From Spirochaetia bacterium (GTDB lineage: Bacteria > Spirochaetota > Spirochaetia > CAKZLE01), in contig OY782041.1 in assembly GCA_963677595.1 (NCBI GenBank), forward strand, positions 1,216,001 to 1,280,000: a DNA stretch of 64,000 nucleotides. Direction: 5' to 3'. Below are positions 39,220 through 47,913 of the stretch, one piece after another. Under the pieces are notes generated by a model. The model had not been told where the DNA came from. It did not search any database and saw nothing but the letters and a program-made list of their open reading frames with translations. Each line of letters starts with the position of its first letter. Position 1 is the first letter of the stretch. Made by a program: the position numbers and the translations under genes.

Positions 39220-40456
39220 CTACCGTATCGTCATCATCGGTGCCGGCCCTGCAGGCACGGCTGCCGCAATTGGAGCGAAGGCTGCGGGGGAGGACTCCAT
39301 CCTCGTCATCGACCGGGACGACCGCGCCGGCGGCATCCTCAACCAGTGCATCCATGACGGGTTCGGGCTTACCCGGTACCGCAAGGCCCTCTCAGGCCCG
39401 GAATATGCGCAGATCGATATCGACCGGTGCGCAGAGCATTCGATCCCCATCATTACGGGGACCTATGTCCATTCGATCGAGAAGGACGGGGAGCGCTTCA
39501 TCATCAGGGCGATGACGGAAGGCCGTCTCTATATAATCACCGCCTTCGCGGTGATCCTAGCCATGGGGTGCAGGGAGCGGACCGCGGGGGCGATCAGCCT
39601 GCCGGGGACCAGGCCTGCCGGGATCTATACCGCGGGGACTGCGCAGAGACTGCTGAACATGCAGAACACCATGGTAGGGAGGAGGTGCGTCATCATAGGC
39701 TCCGGCGATATCGGGCTCATCATGGCCAGGAGGATGACCCTCGAAGGTGCTGAAGTGAAGGCAGTCACGGAGATCCAGCGATGGCCGGGCGGGCTGGACC
39801 GGAACATCAGGCAGTGCCTTGATGATTTCTCGATCCCGCTCTTCCTGGGCACAGGGATCGTTTCCGTCCACGGGAAGGACCGTGTCACCGGTGTGACCAT
39901 CGCCCCGGTGAAGGAGGACAGATCACTCGATCTGGAACACTCCCAGCGGATCGCCTGCGACACGGTCCTGCTCTCGGTCGGGCTCATCCCGGAGAACGAG
40001 CTCTCCCGGGCGATCGACGTTGCCATCGACCCGGTCACGCAGGGACCGATCGTCTCCGACGGGCTCATGACCTCGGTACCCGGGGTGTTCGCCTGCGGGA
40101 ATGTCCTGCAGGTCCATGACATCGTGGACCTGGTATCTGAGGAGGCGGAACGGGCCGGGAGGGCGGCAGCGGCCTTTCTCCAGGGAAGCCCCTCACGAAC
40201 AGATCTCCAGCCGGTGTTCGCCGGTAGGAATATACGCTACTGTGTCCCCCAGGTCGTGAGCCCGGGGAGGCGGGTGATCATCAGCTGCAGGGTCTCCGAG
40301 CCGCTTGAGCAGGTAAAGATCATCATCGCCGATGGGGAGAGGCGGATCACCCAGAAGCGCTTCGACTTCATCGCCCCCTCGGAGATGGTCCAGCTGCGGG
40401 TCTCGATCCCCCAAGAGATCACCGGCTCACTGGAGGTATATGTTGAACAGCAGTGA
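39209..40456 (+). CDS. NAD(P)/FAD-dependent oxidoreductase
   Basis: IGAGPAG, GGILNQCIHDGFG, AMGCRER, IGSGDIGLIMARR, FACGNVL.VHD. Confidence 0.88.
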   Translation: MKHDYRIVIIGAGPAGTAAAIGAKAAGEDSILVIDRDDRAGGILNQCIHDGFGLTRYRKALSGPEYAQIDIDRCAEHSIPIITGTYVHSIEKDGERFIIRAMTEGRLYIITAFAVILAMGCRERTAGAISLPGTRPAGIYTAGTAQRLLNMQNTMVGRRCVIIGSGDIGLIMARRMTLEGAEVKAVTEIQRWPGGLDRNIRQCLDDFSIPLFLGTGIVSVHGKDRVTGVTIAPVKEDRSLDLEHSQRIACDTVLLSVGLIPENELSRAIDVAIDPVTQGPIVSDGLMTSVPGVFACGNVLQVHDIVDLVSEEAERAGRAAAAFLQGSPSRTDLQPVFAGRNIRYCVPQVVSPGRRVIISCRVSEPLEQVKIIIADGERRITQKRFDFIAPSEMVQLRVSIPQEITGSLEVYVEQQ

Positions 40457-40829
40457 GAAATGCATACAGCTCACCTGCATCGTCTGCCCCAACAGCTGCA
40501 GGATGGAAGTCATCCAGGATGCTGGTTCAGGGGAGATCCTCTCGGTCACCGGCCACCTCTGCAACCGAGGGAAGATTTGGGCTGAGCAGGAGCTCCTCGA
40601 TCCGCACCGGACGCTCTGCACGAGCATAGCTGTATACGGCGGGAGTGAACCCCTGACCAGTGTCCGCACGACTGCTCTGGTGCCGAGATCAAGGATCCCG
40701 GAACTCATGGAGCTGCTCAAGGCTATCTCGCTGCCCGCCCCGGTCAGGATCGGCCAGGTCGTGATCCAGGGACCCCTGGGACTCGATTGCGACGTGATCG
40801 TGACACGGGACGTGAAACAAAGCCGCTAG
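40440..40829 (+). CDS. DUF1667 Cys-rich (Fe-S/Zn) subunit
   Basis: CIVCPNSC ... G..CNRG; SVRT; APV.IG; SD GGAGG. Confidence 0.85.
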   Translation: MLNSSEKCIQLTCIVCPNSCRMEVIQDAGSGEILSVTGHLCNRGKIWAEQELLDPHRTLCTSIAVYGGSEPLTSVRTTALVPRSRIPELMELLKAISLPAPVRIGQVVIQGPLGLDCDVIVTRDVKQSR

Positions 40830-40892
40830 CCTGTGAGTTTACAAAACCATGACCATACGCTACACTATGGCTACAGCAGAAAAGGAGTCCTT

Positions 40893-41357
40893 ATGGCGAG
40901 ACCGAGAAAGAACCGAAAGATATTAGGCAAACCGCCGCATAACCTCTACAAACCAGCCGGTGTTCCCAGCACCGAGCTTGAGACGATCACCCTGACACTC
41001 GATGAGCTGGAAGCCCTCCGGCTTGCGGATTACGAGGCCCTCTACCAGGAGGATGCTGCCAAGGTCATGAACATCTCCCGGCAGACATTCGGAAATATAG
41101 TCATCAGCGCCAGGCAGAAGTGCGCGGAAGCACTGCTCCAGGGTAAGATGCTCCTGATCGAAGGCGGTGATTTCGAGATCGATGAGGGCCGGAAGGTGAT
41201 CTGTGACGGCTGCGGCCGATCCTGGAGATCCATCCTCGAGGACGGCAGGAGTGAGAGCTGCCCGATCGCCCAACCACCAGGCCGGAGAGGCAGAGGCAGG
41301 GGATACGGCCGGGGACAGGGTCGGTCAGCCAAGCCTGAGGACACCCCTACCGAGTAG
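40893..41357 (+). CDS. DUF134 DNA-binding protein
   Basis: MARPRK.R, KPAG.P, LDELEALRLAD, QEDAA..M.ISRQTF, IEGG, CDGC. Confidence 0.88.
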   Translation: MARPRKNRKILGKPPHNLYKPAGVPSTELETITLTLDELEALRLADYEALYQEDAAKVMNISRQTFGNIVISARQKCAEALLQGKMLLIEGGDFEIDEGRKVICDGCGRSWRSILEDGRSESCPIAQPPGRRGRGRGYGRGQGRSAKPEDTPTE

Positions 41358-42672
41358 CCCTCGCCATCAGTTTCAATGCATGCATATCATCACGCGTGAG
41401 CCCTTCCCAGGCAGTTATATGAAGGCTGTTGTTATGAAACAGCGGTTCTTCTTCCAGCGGGAAGGGACTCTCCTTCACGACCTGCTCCCAGGCAGGCGTT
41501 CCCGGTACAGGCGAGTACTCGGCGATCGAGACGGAGACACCCGATTGAGAGGCACTGATGATCGAGTGTTCCACCTCCTCCCTCCGCTGACCCGGCAGCC
41601 CTGCCAGGATATAGACCGGCAGCTGCCGTTTCGTGAACCCTGCACCATATAATGCATCAACTGCCGTAGAGAACTCATCGTCGGTGAACTTACCGTCATG
41701 CAGGTCATGGAATTCCGAAAGTGATGATTCATAGCCCATACGTATCTCCCCGAACCCTGCACGGTACATCAGATCAGCGGCAGTCCGGTCGATGAGGCGC
41801 ACATGGACGGCATTCGGTGTATAGAACTTCCATACCCTACTGTCTGCGATGACACGCCGAAGGAAGGGAAAGAGTACCTGCTCCTTCCTCATCAGCAGTG
41901 CATCGTCATAGAACGCGACATGCGAGATCCCGAACGTCTCCTCGAGGTCAGAGAGGAACTCGAACCCCCCTTCCGGGTCCCCCTCCCTGAACGCCGGCGA
42001 GATACAGGCAGAGGCGCAGTAGTCGCAGCGGAGCGGACAGCCCGTGTTCAGCCGGATCGCACCGGCACTGCCCTTCCAGGCATCCGGTACCAGCAGGGGG
42101 AACGGGGGAACCGGCCCCGACGGGACAGGGAACCCGTACGAACCAAGCAGGGTCCTCATCTGCCCCTCGCCGTCTCCCGTCACCACGGCATCAGCCCCGG
42201 TCACCCGCAGGGCATGTTCGCTCATGAGGCTCGCATAGACGCCCCCCAGGACGACCTTCGCAGCAGGAGTGTGCTCACGCACGGCGGCAACAGCCTCCAC
42301 GACTCCCTCGTACCAGTAGGTCATCCCGGTGGTGATGAAGACGATATGGGGAGCGGCAGCAGCAATGGTTTGAGCTATGACGGACCTGCAGATCCCGTAC
42401 CGCGAGTACTGTCTGGGAATGTGGGGGAGTCCGGCGGGGAGTTCCGCCGGCTGACGGAAGAACTTGCCGGTCCCGTTGGCTCTCCTCTTCACCTCCCCGA
42501 ACTGCCGGATGGAGACCGGGTCAGTCGGGTCGAGTGCATTGAGGTACGATAGCTCAAATCCTGCAGACTGCAGCCACTTCCCGATACGCAGCAGCCCGTA
42601 CGGCTTGAAGAAGAGGTCGAACGCAGCGAAATCATAGATGGGAGGCTGGAACAGGAGTACTCTCGGTCTCAT
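41347..42672 (-). CDS. B12-binding-domain radical SAM protein
   Basis: PPIYDFAAFD...KPYGLL, TYWY.G, LGGVYASL, GCPLRCDYC, FYDDALL, TPNAVH. Confidence 0.85.
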   Translation of the reverse strand: MRPRVLLFQPPIYDFAAFDLFFKPYGLLRIGKWLQSAGFELSYLNALDPTDPVSIRQFGEVKRRANGTGKFFRQPAELPAGLPHIPRQYSRYGICRSVIAQTIAAAAPHIVFITTGMTYWYEGVVEAVAAVREHTPAAKVVLGGVYASLMSEHALRVTGADAVVTGDGEGQMRTLLGSYGFPVPSGPVPPFPLLVPDAWKGSAGAIRLNTGCPLRCDYCASACISPAFREGDPEGGFEFLSDLEETFGISHVAFYDDALLMRKEQVLFPFLRRVIADSRVWKFYTPNAVHVRLIDRTAADLMYRAGFGEIRMGYESSLSEFHDLHDGKFTDDEFSTAVDALYGAGFTKRQLPVYILAGLPGQRREEVEHSIISASQSGVSVSIAEYSPVPGTPAWEQVVKESPFPLEEEPLFHNNSLHITAWEGLTRDDMHALKLMARATR

Positions 42673-42739
42673 ATACCACAAAACATAGCACACTATCTTG
42701 AACTAAAAAAGCTTTTCTGATAAGTTAGTAACCCGATAT

Positions 42740-42811
42740 GGTGCCGTACCCAAGTGGTAAGGGAGAGGTCTGCAAAACCTCGATGCACCGGTTCGAATCC
42801 GGTCGGCACCT
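42740..42811 (+). tRNA. tRNA-Cys(GCA), CCA not encoded
   Basis: Acceptor stem GGTGCCG/CGGCACC, D-loop AAGTGGTAA, anticodon arm GAGGT-CTGCAAA-ACCTC, T-arm ACCGG-TTCGAAT-CCGGT; upstream TTGAAC-17-TAAGTT. Confidence 0.97.
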
Positions 42812-42812
42812 C

Positions 42813-42850
42813 AAGAGCCGTTATCTGTCATGGATAACGGCTCTTCTTTT
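42813..42850. terminator. Terminator after tRNA-Cys (likely bidirectional with hom)
   Basis: AAGAGCCGTTATC-tgtcatg-GATAACGGCTCTT followed by CTTTTT. Confidence 0.85.
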
Positions 42851-42862
42851 TCGGAACGCAAG

Positions 42863-44164
42863 CTACTCGAAATCCTCGATCCTCATGCTTACCGGATCTG
42901 ATCCCGATACATCCAGTTTCGCGATCTCAGCTATGGCAGCGGTGAAATCTTGTTCCTTGACCTTGTGGGTCAGGATCACCACCGGGGCGTACCCGCCCTT
43001 GAACCGTTCGTTCTGCACGACCGACGCGATACTGATGCTGTTCCTGCCCATGACCTCCATCACCTTTGCCAGGGACCCTGGCTGGTCGAAGAGGCTCAGC
43101 CGGAGGTAATAGCGCTTGATGCTCCGGTCCGCCGTACAGTAGGTGAGTTCATCCCGCTGCAGCATCATGGTCACGCCGACGGGGACCCCTGCATCGTTCA
43201 TACGGTCCTCGGCAGCTTCCATGATGTCACCGATGACGGCGCTCCCGGTCGGGAGCTTGCCTGCCCCTCGTCCGTAGTACATCGTATCATCAACGATGTC
43301 TCCGCGAACGAAGACCGCGTTGAAGGAGTCGTGGACCGAGGCGATCATATGGTCTATAGGGACGAGGGAGGGCTCTACCGACAGTTCGACATCCCCGTCA
43401 TTGTCCTTGATGATCGCAAGCAGCTTGATACGGTACCCGAGTCTCTCGGCATTGAGGATCTCCTGGCTTGAGAGGCCGCGGATACCTGAAGCAGCACATG
43501 CCGACATGGGTACGGGCGACCCGTAAGCCATGGATGCGAGGATCACCGCCTTATGGGCGGTATCGATCCCGTCGATATCGAGGTCTGGAGGCGTCTCCGC
43601 ATACCCGAGGGCCTGGGCATCCGCAAGGATCTCATCGAAGGGGAGCCCCTCTCGCTCCATCCTGGTGAGGATGTAGTTACAGGTACCATTGAGTACCCCA
43701 TAGATGGATTCTATCCGGTTCCCGATGAGCCCCGCCCGCTGGGAACGGAGCACCGGAATACCGCCGCCCACTGCCGCCTCATAGTAGATGCCTACATGGT
43801 TCTTTCTGGCAGTCTGGTAGATCTCACCCCCGTATTCTGCAAGCAGGGCCTTGTTCGCCGTGACGACCCGCTTGCCTGCTTCGAGTGCACGCAGCACGAA
43901 CTGTTTGGCTATAGTCGTCCCCCCGATGAGTTCGACGATCACATCGATCTCCGGGTCATCGATGACGGAGAACGCATCACTGGTAAGGACCCCGGGGGGA
44001 AGTGACACACCCCGGTCTGTCTCGGTATCGAGGTCGGCGATCCTCTTCACGACCGGCAGGATGCCTGTACGCTCCCTGATCAGTTCCCCGTTTCTCTGCA
44101 GGCCTTCCACTACTCCGGTACCTACCGTACCGAAACCTAGAATACCGATCCTCACCTCTTGCAT
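42863..44164 (-). CDS. hom: Homoserine dehydrogenase with ACT domain
   Basis: GILGFGTVG, VVTANKAL, YEAAVGGGIP, NGTCNYIL, AQ.LGYAE, G.GAG..PT.SAV; C-terminal DQPGSLA. Confidence 0.96.
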   Translation of the reverse strand: MQEVRIGILGFGTVGTGVVEGLQRNGELIRERTGILPVVKRIADLDTETDRGVSLPPGVLTSDAFSVIDDPEIDVIVELIGGTTIAKQFVLRALEAGKRVVTANKALLAEYGGEIYQTARKNHVGIYYEAAVGGGIPVLRSQRAGLIGNRIESIYGVLNGTCNYILTRMEREGLPFDEILADAQALGYAETPPDLDIDGIDTAHKAVILASMAYGSPVPMSACAASGIRGLSSQEILNAERLGYRIKLLAIIKDNDGDVELSVEPSLVPIDHMIASVHDSFNAVFVRGDIVDDTMYYGRGAGKLPTGSAVIGDIMEAAEDRMNDAGVPVGVTMMLQRDELTYCTADRSIKRYYLRLSLFDQPGSLAKVMEVMGRNSISIASVVQNERFKGGYAPVVILTHKVKEQDFTAAIAEIAKLDVSGSDPVSMRIEDFE

Positions 44165-44472
44165 GGTACACCCCTCTGTCTCTTGATTGCTGTTCATGAG
44201 TATGATAGGTAGAGCCGATAAATGCAAGAAGCCAGCAGCAGACCTCCTGCATCTTTCACTGGGATACGGCTGGATCTGCCGTTCCCGCTGGCGGGATGGC
44301 TCTCCCGGACCTCCGTGCGATATTGGCACAAGCCAAATCTAACAAGTCGGTTACGGTGGATTGTATTCACCCTGCGGGTATGGTACGATCGATGTGGGGA
44401 TCTCCCGCAGTGATGATGCAGGTCTTCCCTGACTGCAGGTTCTGCAGGTACAGTCGCAATACCGAGGTGCTT

Positions 44473-46965
44473 GTGTTCATAACAGGTAGTATCTATATAT
44501 TAGCCAGCGTCGCATACCTGCTCATGGGTGTGGAGACCTTCCGTACCGAACGGAAGCAGCGGGCGAACCTGCTCTTCTTCCTGACCTGTATAGCCCTTGC
44601 CCTCTGGTCATTCTCCGTTGCCGGCGTCATGCTGTCAGAGAGCCTGGCACAGGCACTCTTCTTCCGCAGGATAGCCGTCCTCTTCTGGAGTGTCATCTAC
44701 AGCATCTATTTTCACTTCATCGTCGTCCTGACACGAAGCAGTGAGGAACCAACACGATGGTCGAACTGGTCGAGCAGGATCACCATGGCCCTGAAGATGA
44801 TCATCGTCTATACTCCCGCCCTCTTCTCCATCTACCTCTACTTCTTCCGCGAACCCTCCACGGCGGAGGAGATGGTCCGGACCTCCTTCGGCTGGGCATA
44901 CCTCAACCTGCCGAGGAACTTCCTCTGGGACAACTACTTCCTCCTCCTCTATCTCTTCTTCATCCTTGCCAGTATCATCGCCCTGCTCTTCTGGGGCCGG
45001 AGGACTCGACTCAGGAGGATCAAGTACCTGGTCCGGGTGATCGTGGGATCGACGATCATCGCCCTGGCTGTCGGGACGATCACGGACTTCCTCCTCCCGC
45101 TCACGACCGGGAACCTCTTCCCCCCGCTCGGGGTACTCGTCTCGATGATACCGATCATCGGGGTAAGGTTCGCATCGGTACGGTACCGGATGCTCCAGCT
45201 CAACCCCTTCGGCACTGCCCGGGAGATCCTGCAGAACATGCAGGAGGGACTTATGCTCATAACCCTCAATAACCGGATCGTCAATGCGAACCGGGAAGCG
45301 GAACGACTCCTCCTGTATGGCCAGGATGAGCTGGACGGCCTCCAGTACTGCGATCTGTTTCCAGAGGGCTGTATGGAAGGGATCATCAGCATCAACGGCT
45401 CCAGGGAGGGGAGACTGCTCAGGAAGGATGGAAGCACCCTCCCCGTCATGCTCACGATCGAGACCCTCCGGGACCGGTGGGAGGACCCGATAGGAACCCT
45501 CATGCTCTTCCAGGACCTCACCGACCTGAAGAACATCCAGAGTGAACTGGAAGCATCCCGGGACCTCCTCAAGCAGCGAGTCAAGGAGCGGACATCCAGG
45601 TTGTCAGCCATCAACCAGGACCTGGAGAACGAGATCGTGAACCGGATCCAGATGGAGAACAAGATCAGGTCATTTGCCTACAATGACCAGCTGACCGGCC
45701 TGGCGAACCGGAAGCTCTTCACGGACCGCCTGGAACAGGCGATCTTCGATGCAGAGAAGTCCCAGACCAACCTGGCGGTCTTCTTCCTGAATCTTGATGC
45801 GTTCAAGGTGGTCAATGATACCTTCGGTCACCTCCTCGGCGACAGCCTCCTCTCAGAGATCGCACGACGGCTGAAGGGGTTCTTCGGGGAGACCAAGACG
45901 ATAGCGCGATCTGGAAGCGACCATTTCCTGCTCCTTTCCCGCTTCACGGGGAATGCTGAGCTCCTCTACCATGAGGTGAACGAGATCCGTTCCATCTTCA
46001 AGGAACCTTTTGTCCTGAACGGCAGGGATCTCCTCCTCACGACCACCCTGGGGATCAGTATCTATCCTGGGGATGGGGAGCATGCCGCAGAATTGATCAA
46101 GAATGCTGAACTGGCCATGTTCGAAGCCAAGTCAGCGGGACATAACACCTTCGAGTTCTTCACCTCTGAGCTGAATGCCGCGATCACCGAGGAGATGGAG
46201 ATCTCCAATGACCTCTATCTCGCCCTGGAACGAGATGAGTTCGAGCTCTATTACCAGCCGCAGGTCAACCCTCTCAGGGAGCAGATCGCCGGGGTAGAGG
46301 CGCTGATACGGTGGAACCATCCGGTCAGGGGGTTGTTATCACCGGACAAGTTCATCGGTATCGCGGAGAAGAGCAACCTCATCCTGAGGATCGGGGAATG
46401 GGTTCTCAGGGAAGCCTGCATGCAGTTGAGGAAGTGGCATGACGCGGGGCATACCGACCTGCTGATGGCAGTGAACCTCTCGATCAACCAGCTGACCAAC
46501 GGGGGGCTGGAAGGCATCATCCGGCAGGTGATCGATGAGGCAGGGATACACCCTGCCTCCCTGGAGATCGAACTCACAGAGAGCATCCTCATCACGAAGA
46601 CGGAAACAGCGATCAGAGATCTCTCTAAGATCAGGGAGATGGGGGTCCAGATTGCCATCGATGATTTCGGGACCGTCTACTCGTCCCTCAGCTACCTGAG
46701 GAAGCTGCCTCTCGACCGCATGAAGATAGCGCGTGAGTTCGTCATGGGGATCGGGAAGCATACCGTTGATGAGGCGATCATCTCGGCGATCATCGTCATG
46801 GGTCGCAGCATGGACCTGGAGATCATTGCCGAGGGGGTCGAGTACCAGGAACAGCTCGAGTTCCTCAAAGCCCGTTCCTGCGACATCATCCAGGGATTTT
46901 ACTACAGCAGGCCGGTACCGTCTGAGGCCCTGACAGCCATGCTGGAGAGTGGACAACCCCGGTGA
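44473..46965 (+). CDS. 7TM-PAS-GGDEF(degenerate)-EAL c-di-GMP phosphodiesterase
   Basis: N-terminal TM region, PAS, D.LTGLANR, SGSDH in place of GGDEF, YQPQ, VEALIRW, IDDFGT, AEGVE, QGFYYS; start uncertain. Confidence 0.88.
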   Translation: MFITGSIYILASVAYLLMGVETFRTERKQRANLLFFLTCIALALWSFSVAGVMLSESLAQALFFRRIAVLFWSVIYSIYFHFIVVLTRSSEEPTRWSNWSSRITMALKMIIVYTPALFSIYLYFFREPSTAEEMVRTSFGWAYLNLPRNFLWDNYFLLLYLFFILASIIALLFWGRRTRLRRIKYLVRVIVGSTIIALAVGTITDFLLPLTTGNLFPPLGVLVSMIPIIGVRFASVRYRMLQLNPFGTAREILQNMQEGLMLITLNNRIVNANREAERLLLYGQDELDGLQYCDLFPEGCMEGIISINGSREGRLLRKDGSTLPVMLTIETLRDRWEDPIGTLMLFQDLTDLKNIQSELEASRDLLKQRVKERTSRLSAINQDLENEIVNRIQMENKIRSFAYNDQLTGLANRKLFTDRLEQAIFDAEKSQTNLAVFFLNLDAFKVVNDTFGHLLGDSLLSEIARRLKGFFGETKTIARSGSDHFLLLSRFTGNAELLYHEVNEIRSIFKEPFVLNGRDLLLTTTLGISIYPGDGEHAAELIKNAELAMFEAKSAGHNTFEFFTSELNAAITEEMEISNDLYLALERDEFELYYQPQVNPLREQIAGVEALIRWNHPVRGLLSPDKFIGIAEKSNLILRIGEWVLREACMQLRKWHDAGHTDLLMAVNLSINQLTNGGLEGIIRQVIDEAGIHPASLEIELTESILITKTETAIRDLSKIREMGVQIAIDDFGTVYSSLSYLRKLPLDRMKIAREFVMGIGKHTVDEAIISAIIVMGRSMDLEIIAEGVEYQEQLEFLKARSCDIIQGFYYSRPVPSEALTAMLESGQPR

Positions 46966-46971
46966 ACGGGT

Positions 46972-47913
46972 TCAGAGGGATACCACACAGTCCCTGCCCC
47001 GGTCCTTCCCCGTGAGCAAAGCCTGGTCGACCCTGGCAACAAGACTCTTGACCGGCATCTTCTCCGTATGGTAGCTGACACCGCAGGTGATGGTGACCTT
47101 CTGATCAGGGGAGAGCCCTGCATGGCCGTCAGCGCTGACATCCCTGCGGATCCGCTCAGCCACTGCTGCAGCTTCTTCCCCCGATGCCTCGGGGAGCAGG
47201 ATGAGGAACTCATCACCTCCCCACCGGGCGACATAATCCTGCTTCCGGCAGGACTTCTGGATCTGGTTCGCTATCTCCTTCAGGACGGTATCACCCTGCA
47301 GGTGCCCGTAGGTGTCGTTAATCTCCTTGAAGAGGTCCACATCGACCATGATCAGGGAGAACTCATGCCGGCTGATCTCGGTACGGTAGATCTCATATTC
47401 GAAGATCCGCTCGATCTCGCGCCGGTTGAGGAGGCCGGTCAGGTCATCGGTCCGTGCCACAGCCTCGAGCTTGCTCAGCGATTTCTCAAGCTGGCTGTTC
47501 CGCATCTCCATCTCTGCCCGCAGTTTTCTCAGTTCCGCATGGGTCCGGACCCGGATCTTCAGTTCCTGCGGATTGAACGGTTTCCTGATATAGTCCACCG
47601 CACCCATCTCGAACCCCTTGATGAGGCTGTCGATATCGATCCGGGCCGTGAGGAAGATGATCGGCACTGAATCATAGTGCGGCAGCTTCCTGATATTGGC
47701 ACAGGTCGTGAACCCGTCCTGCTGCGGCATCATGACATCGAGCAGGATGAGGTCCAGCGGGACCGAAGCTGCAATACGCTCAGCATCCATCCCGGTAGGC
47801 GCGATATAGAGGTCGTAACCCTCCTCTTCAAGGATGCTCCCAACGATCATGAGATTATCGGCAGTATCATCGACGATGAGGACTTTCACGTTCTGTGGGT
47901 TATATTCAGCCAT
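46972..47913 (-). CDS. REC-GGDEF diguanylate cyclase response regulator
   Basis: LIVDD, LLDVMMP, KPF; DDLTGLLNRR, FK.IND.YGH..GD, I-site RKQD, RWGGDEF. Confidence 0.93.
   Translation of the reverse strand: MAEYNPQNVKVLIVDDTADNLMIVGSILEEEGYDLYIAPTGMDAERIAASVPLDLILLDVMMPQQDGFTTCANIRKLPHYDSVPIIFLTARIDIDSLIKGFEMGAVDYIRKPFNPQELKIRVRTHAELRKLRAEMEMRNSQLEKSLSKLEAVARTDDLTGLLNRREIERIFEYEIYRTEISRHEFSLIMVDVDLFKEINDTYGHLQGDTVLKEIANQIQKSCRKQDYVARWGGDEFLILLPEASGEEAAAVAERIRRDVSADGHAGLSPDQKVTITCGVSYHTEKMPVKSLVARVDQALLTGKDRGRDCVVSL

Noticed and set aside
44165-44470. SAM-I, lysine or T-box leader for hom
   Set aside because: Only fragments (GTGCCAA, GAAAGAT) match, and a plausible promoter (TTGCAT-17-CATACT) lies right next to the hom start.
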